Assembly (NCBI GenBank): GCA_040954595.2
Contig: CM082576.2
Span: 14,821,129-14,885,128, forward strand
Source of the DNA: Balanoglossus misakiensis
Lineage: Eukaryota; Animalia; Hemichordata
DNA length: 64,000 nucleotides
Direction of reading: 5' to 3'
The notes beneath the pieces were generated by a model. That model made no database searches, was not told the origin of the DNA, and saw nothing but the letters and a program-made list of their open reading frames with translations. The position numbers and the translations under genes were made by a program. Of the stretch, positions 62,896-64,000 are shown one piece after another; within the stretch, counting starts at the first letter, position 1, and every line of letters starts with the position of its first letter.

Positions 62896-64000
62896 ATTTC
62901 ACTGTGGAAAGGTGTAATGACCTTGTCCTCATTATATTTTTTTCTGCATCATTTTGACAGGTTTAGTCTCATCAAAAACACCAAAAATATAATTACAAAT
63001 ATCAATTGTAGTGCTCGTTAAGTTTCAAAAGTTCTTTCGATCTTGACATACCCACAAGAAAAAATATTAGCTTCATCACAGCATACCCAACCACCAGACA
63101 GCGATTCCACTCTATCTGTTTTTAATTGACAGCGTACAAGATCAGTTACAAGTTATACTTTACCCTTGAAATTTGATACTAATGAAATCTAGGTCAAACA
63201 GAGCAAGTAGCCCGAAACATGAGACAGAAAAGACCCAAAAACATAAATTGTCATTTCACTTGTCTGCCAAATTAGTTTCATAAAAATATGACAGAGTCCA
63301 TTTTCTGAGGTACTGTAGTTTCTGATCTGGATGATCAACACTTTTGCATTTTCTTGTGTGTATAAGTGTCGGTCACTGAAATTTCTCCATATGATCAAAA
63401 TTGTTAAAACCTGAAAAAATACCATTTAAAGATATTCAAAGAAAATTTGTATATCAAAATGGCAGCCATTTTGAAATAAAATATGAACAAAAGAAGATTC
63501 TGTTCACAGGGCACTCTTAGTGATCAAGTCCGAATCTCTGTGGCTTTCATTTTTAAGTGAAGAAAAACACTTTGGATCAAAATTCACGCAATATCTTTGT
63601 CTTGTTTTACCGGAGGTAAGCCTCATACTCCTACAATTGGGCCTATGCAAATTGGCATCAGAAAGTTGAATGGCAAATAGCCTAAGGGGCCTTGTAGCAG
63701 TTGGGTTGTGGACGACATCATTCAATAGGAGTTACCCCTGCTACAATAATTCTTCCATGCTATCGCCATGGCAATCTGGAAACTATGATGGTCACAGCAC
63801 TCAGGGAGATTTCAATTGACTGTCATGTCCCCAGACAACCTTGGGCTGCCATCTTGACAGCCTCGCTCTGGGTCTGGCTAACAAAGACTAGCTTGAGGGG
63901 CTCCCAGCACTGAACTCGGTTGCCCTGCAGCCATATTGGATCATATCACAATAAATATTGATGATTGCAGTGTATATCATGTGTTTAGCTGTGTGCCAAA

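Overview
Eukaryotic, AT-rich, intron-dominated genomic DNA. The repeat landscape suggests a marine invertebrate, but the species cannot be determined. The window lies inside one large minus-strand gene encoding a phospholipase C-beta of the PLCB4/norpA class. Ten exons between 14023 and 4436 splice with GT-AG sites and matching phases into one open frame covering the C-terminal half of the PH domain, the EF hands, the whole catalytic X box and the start of the X-Y linker. The N-terminal exons are not visible and are probably beyond 64000, which implies an intron of more than 50 kb. The Y box, C2 domain and C-terminus lie before position 1. The most interesting signals are splicing-related: a 9-nt candidate microexon (EGK) with strong splice signals at 30687-30695 deep in the giant intron, and frame-preserving candidate cassette exons (96, 24/12 and 6 nt) in the autoinhibitory X-Y linker. 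The introns carry many transposons: a young 5'-truncated RTE-X-like LINE with a 14-bp TSD, a second RTE-X-like 3' fragment sharing a terminal stem-loop, TTAA-flanked Kolobok-like and piggyBac-like non-autonomous elements, TA-flanked MITEs, an AcademH-like foldback with a 9-bp TSD, a complete Helentron-type HINE, a Crypton-like double hairpin, and decayed DIRS-like and CR1/L2-like coding remnants. No tRNA, rRNA or CRISPR array was seen. Most of the short ORFs in the track are noise. Comparisons with human PLCB4 and fly NorpA and the transposon family assignments are from memory and need database confirmation.
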